Below, in pieces: positions 1 through 8,896 of a stretch of 64,000 nucleotides of DNA; positions within the stretch are counted from its first letter, which is position 1, and each line of letters starts with the position of its first letter. The position numbers and the translations under genes were made by a program. The DNA is from Mycobacteriales bacterium. GTDB lineage: Bacteria > Actinomycetota > Actinomycetes > Mycobacteriales > CADCTP01. The notes under the pieces are model-generated. The model saw only the letters and a list, made by a program, of their open reading frames with translations, ran no database searches and was not told the origin of the DNA. The stretch is taken from NCBI GenBank assembly GCA_036558285.1, contig DATBFW010000135.1:21364-85363 (forward strand). Reading direction: 5' to 3'.

Positions 1-1
1 G

Positions 2-652
2 GCCACCCAGGCCTCGGACCTCGCGGTCCGCTGGAACTGCAAGGCCGGCAAGTGCGGCTCCTGCAGCGCCGAGGTCAACGGCAAGCCGCGGCTGATGTGC
101 ATGACCCGGATGTCGACCTTCCACCGGGACGATCCGGTGACGGTGACGCCGCTGCGCAGCTTCCCGGTGATCCGCGACCTGGTCGCCAACGTCGACTACA
201 ACTACCAGAAGGCCCGCGAGGTGCAGGCGTTCTCGCCGCCGACCGACCTCGCCCCGGGCGAATACCGGATGCAGCAGGTCGACGTCGAGCGCTCGCAGGA
301 GTTCCGCAAGTGCATCGAGTGCTTCCTGTGCAACAACACCTGCCACGTCGTGCGTGACCACGACGAGAACAAGCAGGCGTTCGCCGGCCCGCGCTACCTC
401 ATGCGGGTCGCCGAGCTCGACATGCACCCGCTCGACCAGGCCGACCGCAAGGACGTGGCCCAGGAGGAGCACGGGCTCGGGTTCTGCAACATCACCAAGT
501 GCTGCACCGAGGTCTGCCCCGAGCACATCAAGATCACCGACAACGCACTCATCCCGATGAAGGAACGCGTCGTCGACCGCAAGTACGACCCGCTGGTCTG
601 GCTCGGCAACAAGATCCGCCGCCGGCCGGAACGCTCCTCCACCACGGACTGA
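2..652 (+). CDS. sdhB: succinate dehydrogenase/fumarate reductase iron-sulfur subunit (5' end lies outside window)
   Basis: Frame is open from the window edge (ATQASDLAVRWNCKAGKCGSCSAEVNGKPRLMCMT...). Cys clusters CKAGKCGSC, CIECFLCNNTC and CCTEVCP match SdhB/FrdB Fe-S ligands. Stop at 650-652. Confidence 0.9.
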   Translation, partial: ATQASDLAVRWNCKAGKCGSCSAEVNGKPRLMCMTRMSTFHRDDPVTVTPLRSFPVIRDLVANVDYNYQKAREVQAFSPPTDLAPGEYRMQQVDVERSQEFRKCIECFLCNNTCHVVRDHDENKQAFAGPRYLMRVAELDMHPLDQADRKDVAQEEHGLGFCNITKCCTEVCPEHIKITDNALIPMKERVVDRKYDPLVWLGNKIRRRPERSSTTD

Positions 653-827
653 GTAGCCGTCGGGGGCGGCCCCCGTAACCCCCGGGCGTCGGCTCGTCTG
701 CTCTGGCGGCAGTCGACCGACCTCGTCCAACGAGCCCCGCCGATGGCGGAGGACCCCGTCACCTTTCACACTTCCCGGCCCCGGCCGGTTGGTGCCTGGG
801 GCCGTCGGCTGGTTAGGGTTGCTAACC

Positions 828-2264
828 GTGTTTGAGGTGGCAGAGGCGGCGGTCGAGGCGGCGCTCGCGGCCGGGGCGCGGTACGCGGACGCGCGCGGCA
901 TGTACCAGCGCAACGAGTCGATGGCCGCCCGCAACGGCGACGTCGAGGACCTGGCCCAGCGCGAGTCGGTCGGTGTCGGCGTGCGGGCCCTGGTCGGGTC
1001 GTCGTGGGGATTCGTGGCGGTGCCGGACCCGACCGACGCCGAGGCGCGCCGGGCCGGCGAGCGGGCGGCCGCCGTCGCCCGGGCGTCGGCGCAGGTGCCC
1101 GGGCCGGACGTGACCCTGGTGCCGATCGAGGTACGCCAGGACAGCTGGGCCAGCCCGTGCGAGGAGGACCCGCTCTCGGTCCCGCTGACCGAGAAGGGCG
1201 ACCTCGTCGCCGGTGTCACCGCGACCATGCGGGCCGCCGGCGCGTCCCTGGCCGAAGCGTCCTACCAGGTCTGGGACACCACGAAGTGGTTCGTCTCCAG
1301 CGAGGGATCCCGGATCGACCAGCGGGTGCGGGAGTGCGGCGCGGCGATGAGCGCGACCGCGATCGGCGAGGGCGAGACCCAGCGCCGGTCGTACCCGGGG
1401 ATCCGCGGACAGTACGGCACCCGCGGCTGGGAGCTGGTCCGCGAGCTCGACCTGCCCGCGCACGCTGCCCGCATCGCCGAGGAGGCGCAGGCGCTGCTGA
1501 CCGCGCCGGAGTGCCCGGCCGGCGAGACCACGCTGATCCTCGGCAGCGAGCAGATGGCGCTGCAGATCCACGAGTCGGTCGGGCACGCCACCGAGCTGGA
1601 CCGGATCCTCGGCTGGGAGGCCGCGTACGCCGGGACGTCCTGGCTGGACCTGGCCAAGCTCGGGCAGCTGCGGTTCGGCTCCGACCTCATGACGATCACC
1701 GCGGACGCGACGCTGCCCGGCGCGCTCGGCTCGTTCGGGTACGACGACGAGGGCACCCCGGCGGCGCCGCAGGACATCGTCCGGGACGGGATCTGGACCG
1801 GCGTGCTGTCCGGCCGCGACTCGGCCTCGGTGGCCGGCCTCTCGTACGGCGGGATGGTCCGGGCGGACGGCTGGGCCCGGCTGCCGATGGTGCGGATGAC
1901 CAACGTCGGGCTGCTGCCCGGCGACTCGTCGCTGGCGGAGATGGTCGCCGCCACCGAGGACGGGATCCTGATGGACACCAACCGGTCCTGGTCGATCGAC
2001 GACCGCCGGCTGAACTTCCAGTTCGGCTGCGAGGTCGGCTGGGAGATCCGCAACGGGCGGCGCGGGCGGATGCTGCGCAACCCCACCTACACCGGGATCA
2101 GCCCACGGTTCTGGGGGTCGATGGACATGATCGGCAACCGGTCGGAGTGGACGTTCTGGGGCACGCCCAACTGCGGCAAGGGCCAGCCCTCGCAGGTCGG
2201 CCACACGGGCCACCCGTCGGTGCCGGCCCGCTTCCAGGGCGTGCGAGTGGGGGTGCGCGGATGA
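828..2264 (+). CDS. tldD: TldD-family zinc metalloprotease
   Basis: Long ORF (opens at 789) with the HESVGHATELDR HExxxH motif and TldD-like sequence throughout. GTG 828 is the preferred start, but the start is uncertain. Confidence 0.85.
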   Translation: MFEVAEAAVEAALAAGARYADARGMYQRNESMAARNGDVEDLAQRESVGVGVRALVGSSWGFVAVPDPTDAEARRAGERAAAVARASAQVPGPDVTLVPIEVRQDSWASPCEEDPLSVPLTEKGDLVAGVTATMRAAGASLAEASYQVWDTTKWFVSSEGSRIDQRVRECGAAMSATAIGEGETQRRSYPGIRGQYGTRGWELVRELDLPAHAARIAEEAQALLTAPECPAGETTLILGSEQMALQIHESVGHATELDRILGWEAAYAGTSWLDLAKLGQLRFGSDLMTITADATLPGALGSFGYDDEGTPAAPQDIVRDGIWTGVLSGRDSASVAGLSYGGMVRADGWARLPMVRMTNVGLLPGDSSLAEMVAATEDGILMDTNRSWSIDDRRLNFQFGCEVGWEIRNGRRGRMLRNPTYTGISPRFWGSMDMIGNRSEWTFWGTPNCGKGQPSQVGHTGHPSVPARFQGVRVGVRG

Positions 2265-3613
2265 CCGGGAACGCTCGCGAGCAGCTCGCCGCGCGGGTGC
2301 TCGACCTGGCCCGGTCGGTGGCCGGGCCGTCGGCGCAGGCGGAGGTCACGGTCAGCTCCACCGTGCGCGGGCTGACCAGGTTCGCCCGCTCGTTCGTGCA
2401 CCAGAACGTCGTCGACACCAGCGAGCGGATCCGGCTGCGGGTGGTGGTCGACGGCTCCTGGGCCGCGGTCAGCACCGACCGCGCCGACTCTGACTCGCTG
2501 CTGGCGACCGTGGAGTCCGCGGTGGCCGCGGCCCGGGTGCGCCGGCCGGACGCCGCGTTCCCGGGCCTGGCCCCGCCGGCCCCGCTCGCCGGCGGCGGCA
2601 ACTGGGACGACGCGACCGCGGACGCGACGCCGGACCAGCGGGCCGCGGTCGTGCGCGAGTTCGTCGCGGCGGCCGACGGCCTGGAGACGGCCGGTTACGT
2701 CGAGTCGACGCGGACCGAGTCCGTGTACGCCAACACCGCCGGGCAGACGGTGTCCGGCCGGGTCACCGGCGCGGCCGCGGACGGGATCGCAAGGGTGCCG
2801 GGCGCGGACGGCGTCGCCCGGCGGGGCTCGGTGCGGCTGGACGAGCTCGGCGGCGCCGGCCTCGGCCGGATCGCCGCGGCGAAGGCCAGGGCCGGCGCGT
2901 CGCCGGTCGACCTGCCGCCGGGCGACTACGAGGTCGTGCTCGAGCCCGCCTGCGTTGCCGACATCGTGCACTTCCTGCTCGTGCACGGATTCAACGGCCG
3001 GCCGGTCGGCGAGGGGCGGTCGTTCGTCCGGCCCGGCGAGCAGCAATTCGACGCCGCGCTGCGGATCTGGGACGGGCCGCTGGACGAGCTGTCCACCGCG
3101 CTGCCGTACGACGTCGAGGGCACGCCGCGGCAGCGGCTCGACCTGGTCGTGGACGGGGTCAGCGCCGCGATCGCGCACGACCGCCGGACCGCGGCGGCGG
3201 CCGGGGCGAGCTCCACCGGCAACGCGATCGACGGCGGCGAGCGGTGGGGTGCGGTGCCGGACCAGCCGCGGGTGGGTGCCGGCGGCGGCGGGTCGTCGGC
3301 CGACCTTGCCGCGACGATGCGGCGGGGGCTGCTGGTCAGCGACTTCTGGTACACCCGGATCCTCGACCCGCGCACGGTCGTCATCACCGGGCTGACCCGC
3401 AACGGGGTCTGGCTGATCGAGGACGGCGAGATCGCGGCGCCGGTGAGCACGTTGCGGTTCACCCAGTCGTACCCGAAGGCGCTGGCGCCCGGGGCGGTCC
3501 TCGGCGTCGGCTCGGACGCCAGCGCGGTGCCGGTCCGCAGCGCGAGCGAGCTGGTGCACGCGCCGAGCCTGCACCTGGCCGGTTGGCACATCACCGGCGG
3601 CGCCGCCGGCTAG
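2261..3613 (+). CDS. pmbA: PmbA/TldE-family protein (TldD partner)
   Basis: ATG 2261 overlaps the tldD stop (ATGA). The sequence MTGNAREQLAARVLDLAR... is TldD/PmbA-family without HExxxH, as expected for the partner subunit. Confidence 0.8.
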   Translation: MTGNAREQLAARVLDLARSVAGPSAQAEVTVSSTVRGLTRFARSFVHQNVVDTSERIRLRVVVDGSWAAVSTDRADSDSLLATVESAVAAARVRRPDAAFPGLAPPAPLAGGGNWDDATADATPDQRAAVVREFVAAADGLETAGYVESTRTESVYANTAGQTVSGRVTGAAADGIARVPGADGVARRGSVRLDELGGAGLGRIAAAKARAGASPVDLPPGDYEVVLEPACVADIVHFLLVHGFNGRPVGEGRSFVRPGEQQFDAALRIWDGPLDELSTALPYDVEGTPRQRLDLVVDGVSAAIAHDRRTAAAAGASSTGNAIDGGERWGAVPDQPRVGAGGGGSSADLAATMRRGLLVSDFWYTRILDPRTVVITGLTRNGVWLIEDGEIAAPVSTLRFTQSYPKALAPGAVLGVGSDASAVPVRSASELVHAPSLHLAGWHITGGAAG

Positions 3614-3651
3614 CGATCGTTAGCTAGCGCGGCCGCTGCACCCGCTCGGCG

Positions 3652-4041
<390 letters not shown>

Positions 4042-4281
4042 CCCGCCACCCTCCCACCCCGAACCAACGCCGGCCGCGCGTGCGTGGGCGCCACGACCCG
4101 ACCGACGACGGGGCTGCACGCGCCGTGCCGGCACAGCGCCAGGACCCCACCGACCTTCGCGCTCTGCGCGCCGGGCGCGGGTCGTGGCGGAATGGTGCCA
4201 CGAGCCGACCGGCCCGCCGGGTGGCGTCAGGACGGCGGGTGGGATGTGCGTCGCGGATGGGGATGGTGGTGGGATGGGGGT

Positions 4282-4572
4282 ATGAGCGAGCTCCTGGATC
4301 AGGCTGCGATCGACTCCGCGCTGGCGAAGCTCGACGGGTGGACCGGCGGTCCGGACGGGATCACCCGGACCGCCGAGCTGTCCAGCTTCCCGGCCGCGAT
4401 CGCGGTGGTCGACCGCGTCGCCGAGGCCGCGGAGGCGGCCGACCACCATCCGGACATCGACATCCGCTGGCGGACGCTGACCTTCACCCTCGCCACCCAC
4501 TCGGCCGGCGGCGTCACCGCCAAGGACGTCGACCTCGCCGGCACGATCGACGACATCGTCCGCGCCGGCTAG
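4282..4572 (+). CDS. 4a-hydroxytetrahydrobiopterin (pterin-4-alpha-carbinolamine) dehydratase
   Basis: 96 aa, MSELLDQAAIDSALAKLDGWTG...ADHHPDIDIRWRTLTFTLATH. PCD/DCoH-family signature around DHHPD. Confidence 0.85.
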   Translation: MSELLDQAAIDSALAKLDGWTGGPDGITRTAELSSFPAAIAVVDRVAEAAEAADHHPDIDIRWRTLTFTLATHSAGGVTAKDVDLAGTIDDIVRAG

Positions 4573-4610
4573 ACACGCCGAACCGGCCGGACGAGAGCAG
4601 CGGCCCGGGG

Positions 4611-5123
4611 CTACTCGTCGACCAGGGCCTCGAGGGCGGGCAGCGCCGCTTCCAGCGCGGCCCGCTGCTCCGGCGGCAGCGCGGCCAGCTTCTCGATGAG
4701 GATGTTGTTGCGCTCCCGGCGCAGTGCCCGCAGCGCCGCCGCCCCGCCCGGTGCCAGCGACACCAGCGAGCCGCGCGCGTCGGACGGGTCGGCCCCGCGG
4801 CTGACCAGGCCGGCCTCCTCCATCGCGCCGACCATCCTGGTCATCGTCGGCGCGGCGACGTTCTCCCGCGCGGCCAGGTCCCCGTTGCGTATCGGCCCGG
4901 CCGCCTCGATCGTCACGAGCGCGGACAGCTGGGCGGGGGACAGGTGCCCGGGATCCCGTTGCCGCAGCCGCCGTACCAGGAGGCCGACCGCGACCCGCAA
5001 CCGGCCGGCCAGCTCCGCGTCGGACACACCGGCCGCGGACACACCGGCCGCGGACACACCGGCGGCCGGCGCGCCGGCCCGGGCGCGGGACTCGGCCACC
5101 ACCGGGCCACCGGAGCTCGTCAT
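4611..5123 (-). CDS. MarR-family transcriptional regulator
   Basis: Winged-helix region LSPAQLSALVTIEAAGPIRNGDLAARENVAAPTMTRMVGAMEEAGLVSRGADPSDARG. ATG at 5123 lies 4 nt after the stop of the upstream MFS gene. The N-terminus carries a 15-bp x3 in-frame repeat (5021-5065). Confidence 0.85.
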   Translation of the reverse strand: MTSSGGPVVAESRARAGAPAAGVSAAGVSAAGVSDAELAGRLRVAVGLLVRRLRQRDPGHLSPAQLSALVTIEAAGPIRNGDLAARENVAAPTMTRMVGAMEEAGLVSRGADPSDARGSLVSLAPGGAAALRALRRERNNILIEKLAALPPEQRAALEAALPALEALVDE

Positions 5124-5127
5124 CTGT

Positions 5128-6933
5128 TCAGGGTGCCAGTCGGGCGGACACCGACGCACCCGCCGGCCGCTGCGGGTCTTCCGAGCCGGCGGATCCCGGC
5201 TCCGCCTCGGCGGACTCCGGCTCGGCCGCGACCGGCGGCACCGGCACCTCACCCACCGCACCGTCGTCCACCACTACCGGCTCCTCGTCCGCGTGCACGT
5301 ACCGGCTCCCGCGCAGCGCCGACGCCACCGCCGCCACCACCGCGAGCCCGGCCGCCGCCAGGAACACGACCACCAGCCCGGAGTGCACCGGGTCGGAGAT
5401 CAGCTGCGGGAAGAACTCCTGCCCGGTGATCCGGGCGGCCTGGTCGGGCGGCAGCTGCGCCAGCACCGACGGCCCGAGCAGCGCCTGGACCGGGTTGAAG
5501 CCGAGGAATGCCGCGAACACGCTGCCCACCGGCGGCAGCTCGGCCGCCCGCTGAGCCGCGTCGGCGGGCACCCCGGCCGCCTGCAGGCCGGAGCCGAGCG
5601 TCGACGGGAGCGAGTTGGCCAGCCCGGCGATGAGCAGCGAGAAGAACACGCCGATCGACAACACCGTGCCCGCGGTCATGAACGTCGCTCCCATGCCGGC
5701 GGCGGCGCCCCGCTCCGAGGCGGGCACGCTGCTCATCACCGAGGCGGTGTTCGGCGCCGCGAACAGCCCGGACCCGGCGCCGTTCAGCGCGATCAACACC
5801 GCGAACTGCCAGTATGTGAAGTCGATCGGCAGCAGCAATAGCCCGAGGAACGTCACCGCGACCAGCAGCAGCCCGGCCGTGGACAGGATCCGCGCGCCGT
5901 GCCGGTCCGACAGCCGCCCGGCCAGCGGCCCGGCGGCCAGGAAGCCGACCGTCAGCGGCAGCAGGTAGATGCCGGCCCACAGCGGCGTCTGCTCGAAGTC
6001 GTACCCGTGCAGCGGCAGCCAGATCCCCTGCAGCCAGATGATCAGCATGAACTGCATGCCGCCACGGGCGATCGAGGACAGCAGCGTGGCGATGTTGCCG
6101 GTCGCGAACGCGCGGATCTTGAACAGGCCGAGCGAGAACATCGGGTTCCGCACCCGCGACTCGATGAGTACGAACAGCCCCAGCAGCGCGAACCCCCCGA
6201 GCAGCCCGGTCAGCACCCACGGGTTGGTCCAGCCTTCCGTGTGCCGGCCGTACGGCTGGATCCCGTACGTGATCGCGGCGAGCACCGCGGTCAGCCCGAC
6301 CGCGAACGTCAGGTTGCCCCACCAGTCGATGCTGACCACGCGCCGGACCACGACCTCGTGCAGCGACCGGTACGCCCAGACCGTGCCGAGGATCCCGAGC
6401 GGGACGCTGACCAGGAACACCGACCGCCAGTGCCATTCGGAGAGCAGGCCGCCGGCAACCAGCCCGATGAACGAGCCGGCCAGCGCCGCGACCTGGTTGA
6501 TCCCCAGCGCCATCCCCCGCTCGGACGGCGAGAACGCGTCGGTGAGGATCGCGGTCGAGTTCGCCATCAGCATCGCCCCGCCGATGCCTTGCACGATCCG
6601 GAAGCCGATCAGCCAGATTGCGCCCGCGCTACCGGTGAACGGCACCGCGGACAGCAGGATCGAGGCCACGGTGAACACCACGAAGCCGAGGTTGTAGATC
6701 CTGACCCGGCCGAGCATGTCCCCGAGCCGGCCGAGCGTGACCACCAGCACCGCCGAGACGAGCAGGTAGCCCATCAGCATCCACAGCAGGTAGCTGGTGT
6801 TGCCCGGAGCCAGCGGGTCCAGCCCGATGCCGCGGAAGATCGCCGGCAGCGAGATGATCACGATCGACTGGTTGACCGTGGCGAGCAGGATGCCCAGTGT
6901 CGTGTTGGACAGGGCGATCCACTTGTACGGCAT
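5128..6933 (-). CDS. MFS transporter, DHA2 (EmrB/QacA-like) drug:H+ antiporter, copy 1
   Basis: MPYKWIALSNTTLGILLATVNQSIVIISLPAIFRG..., many predicted TM segments with a DHA2-like N-terminus. Paralog of 7047-8744. Confidence 0.9.
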   Translation of the reverse strand: MPYKWIALSNTTLGILLATVNQSIVIISLPAIFRGIGLDPLAPGNTSYLLWMLMGYLLVSAVLVVTLGRLGDMLGRVRIYNLGFVVFTVASILLSAVPFTGSAGAIWLIGFRIVQGIGGAMLMANSTAILTDAFSPSERGMALGINQVAALAGSFIGLVAGGLLSEWHWRSVFLVSVPLGILGTVWAYRSLHEVVVRRVVSIDWWGNLTFAVGLTAVLAAITYGIQPYGRHTEGWTNPWVLTGLLGGFALLGLFVLIESRVRNPMFSLGLFKIRAFATGNIATLLSSIARGGMQFMLIIWLQGIWLPLHGYDFEQTPLWAGIYLLPLTVGFLAAGPLAGRLSDRHGARILSTAGLLLVAVTFLGLLLLPIDFTYWQFAVLIALNGAGSGLFAAPNTASVMSSVPASERGAAAGMGATFMTAGTVLSIGVFFSLLIAGLANSLPSTLGSGLQAAGVPADAAQRAAELPPVGSVFAAFLGFNPVQALLGPSVLAQLPPDQAARITGQEFFPQLISDPVHSGLVVVFLAAAGLAVVAAVASALRGSRYVHADEEPVVVDDGAVGEVPVPPVAAEPESAEAEPGSAGSEDPQRPAGASVSARLAP

Positions 6934-6970
6934 TCCGTGCCTTTCCAACGATCGTCGAGCGGAGCAAAAC

Positions 6971-6988
6971 GCTTAGCCAATGCTAAGC
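6971..6988. promoter_or_regulatory. palindrome GCTTAGC-CAAT-GCTAAGC upstream of MFS copy 1 (candidate MarR operator)
   Basis: Perfect 7-bp inverted repeat with a 4-bp spacer, 38 bp upstream of the 6933 start. A near-identical palindrome sits upstream of copy 2. Confidence 0.4.
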
Positions 6989-7046
6989 AGTCGGCGGTCC
7001 CGGCGCTGTCGGTTCTGTCACCGGCGCCGTGAACAGCCGGGAAACC

Positions 7047-8744
7047 TCAGCGCGCGGACGCGGCGGCCACCTCCGGCGCCTGCGGTTCGGGCACCTCGTC
7101 GGTGTGGACGTACCGCTTGCCGCGGGCGAGCGAGACCGCCGCGGCGACGACCGACATCAGCACCGCCGCGGTGAAGACCACGACCAGCCCGGAGTGGAAC
7201 GGACCGGAGATCAGCCCGGGGAAGAACGACTGGCCGGTCAGCTCGGCCGCCTTGTCCGCGGGCAGCTTCCCGATCACGTCCGGACCGAGCAGCTGCTGGA
7301 TCGGGTTCACGCCGAGGAACGCGGCGAACACGCTGCCGACCGGCGGCAGCGCGGTGGCCCGGGCGACCGCGTCGGCCGGCACCCCGGCCGCGGCCAGCCC
7401 GGAACCGAGCGCCGAAGGCAGCGACCGGGCCAGCCCGGCGATGAGCAGCGAGAAGAACACGCCGATCGACAGCACCGTGCCCGCGTTCATCGCGGTCGCC
7501 CGCATGCCGGAGGCAACACCGCGCTGGTCGGCCGGCACGCTGCTCATCACCGCCGAGGTGTTCGGCGCGGAGAAGAGCCCGGAGCCGATCCCGTTCAGCG
7601 CGACCAGCGTCGCGAACGCCCAGTACGAGAAGTCGACCGGAAGCAGCAGCAGCCCGAGGAACGTCGCAGCGACGAGCAGCAGCCCGCCGGTGGCCAGCAG
7701 CCGGGCGCCGTGCCGGTCGGACAGCCGCCCGGACAGCGGCCCGGCGGCGAGGAAGCCCGCGGTCAGCGGCAGCAGGTAGATGCCGGCCCACAACGGCGTG
7801 TCTTCGTACGCGTAGCCGTGCAGCGGGAGCCAGATCCCCTGCAGCCAGATGATCAGCATGAACTGCATCCCGCCGCGGGCGATGGACGACAGCAGCGCGG
7901 CGAAGTTGCCGGCCGCGAACGCCCGGATCCGGAACAGCCCGAGGTGGAACAGCGGGTCCGCGACCTTGGTCTCCACGATCACGAACGCGACCAGCAGCAG
8001 CGCGCCGCCGATCAGGCCGGCGAGCACCAGCGGGTTGGTCCACCCCTCGGTCCGGCCCCCGTACGGCTGGATCCCGTACGTGATTGCGGCGAGCAGCGCG
8101 GTCAGCCCGACTGCGAACGTGATGTTGCCCCACCAGTCGATCCGCACGCGCTGCCGTCGGGCGGTCTCCTTGAGCGAGGCGTACGACCAGATCGTGCCGG
8201 CGATGCCGATCGGCACGCTGACCAGGAACACCGCGCGCCAGTCCCACTCGGACAGCAGCCCGCCGGCCACCAGACCGATGAACGAGCCGGCCAGCGCGGC
8301 GACCTGGTTGATCCCCAGTGCCATGCCGCGCTCGTTCGCGCCGAACGCGTCGGTGAGGATCGCGGTCGAGTTGGCCATCAGCATCGCGCCGCCGACGCCC
8401 TGCACGATCCGCCACACGATGAGCCAGAGCGCGCCGGCCTGTCCGTGGAACGGATCGACCGAGAGCAGGACCGCGGCGATCGAGAAGACCAGGAAGCCCA
8501 GGTTGTAGATGCGGACCCGGCCGAGCATGTCGCCGAACCGGCCGAGCGTGACCACCAGCACCGCCGAGACGAGCAGGTAGCCCATCAGCATCCACAGCAG
8601 GTAGCTGGTGTTGCCCGGGGCCAGCGGGTCGAGGCCGACCCCGCGGAAGATCGCCGGCAGCGAGATGATCACGATCGACTGGTTGATCGTCGCCAGCAGC
8701 ACGCCCAGCGTGGTGTTGGACAGCGCGATCCACTTGTACGCCAT
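7047..8744 (-). CDS. MFS transporter, DHA2 (EmrB/QacA-like) drug:H+ antiporter, copy 2
   Basis: MAYKWIALSNTTLGVLLATINQSIVIISLPAIFRG... is nearly identical to copy 1 over long stretches. Same strand, directly upstream of copy 1. Confidence 0.9.
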   Translation of the reverse strand: MAYKWIALSNTTLGVLLATINQSIVIISLPAIFRGVGLDPLAPGNTSYLLWMLMGYLLVSAVLVVTLGRFGDMLGRVRIYNLGFLVFSIAAVLLSVDPFHGQAGALWLIVWRIVQGVGGAMLMANSTAILTDAFGANERGMALGINQVAALAGSFIGLVAGGLLSEWDWRAVFLVSVPIGIAGTIWSYASLKETARRQRVRIDWWGNITFAVGLTALLAAITYGIQPYGGRTEGWTNPLVLAGLIGGALLLVAFVIVETKVADPLFHLGLFRIRAFAAGNFAALLSSIARGGMQFMLIIWLQGIWLPLHGYAYEDTPLWAGIYLLPLTAGFLAAGPLSGRLSDRHGARLLATGGLLLVAATFLGLLLLPVDFSYWAFATLVALNGIGSGLFSAPNTSAVMSSVPADQRGVASGMRATAMNAGTVLSIGVFFSLLIAGLARSLPSALGSGLAAAGVPADAVARATALPPVGSVFAAFLGVNPIQQLLGPDVIGKLPADKAAELTGQSFFPGLISGPFHSGLVVVFTAAVLMSVVAAAVSLARGKRYVHTDEVPEPQAPEVAAASAR

Positions 8745-8761
8745 GCGCGACCTTCCGAGTT

Positions 8762-8779
8762 GCTTAGCTACGGCTAAGT
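8762..8779. promoter_or_regulatory. palindrome GCTTAGC-TACG-GCTAAGT upstream of MFS copy 2 (candidate MarR operator)
   Basis: Same half-sites as 6971-6988, 18 bp upstream of the 8744 start. Confidence 0.4.
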
Positions 8780-8896
8780 AAATCATCTCGGTACCAGAGG
8801 TATTCCGGCCGGGACGGCGGACCGGGCGGCCGGGCGCTGCGTCTCGGGTGGACGGGGCGCCCGCGCAGGTCGCTCGGGTGGTACGCCGTAGGGTCT

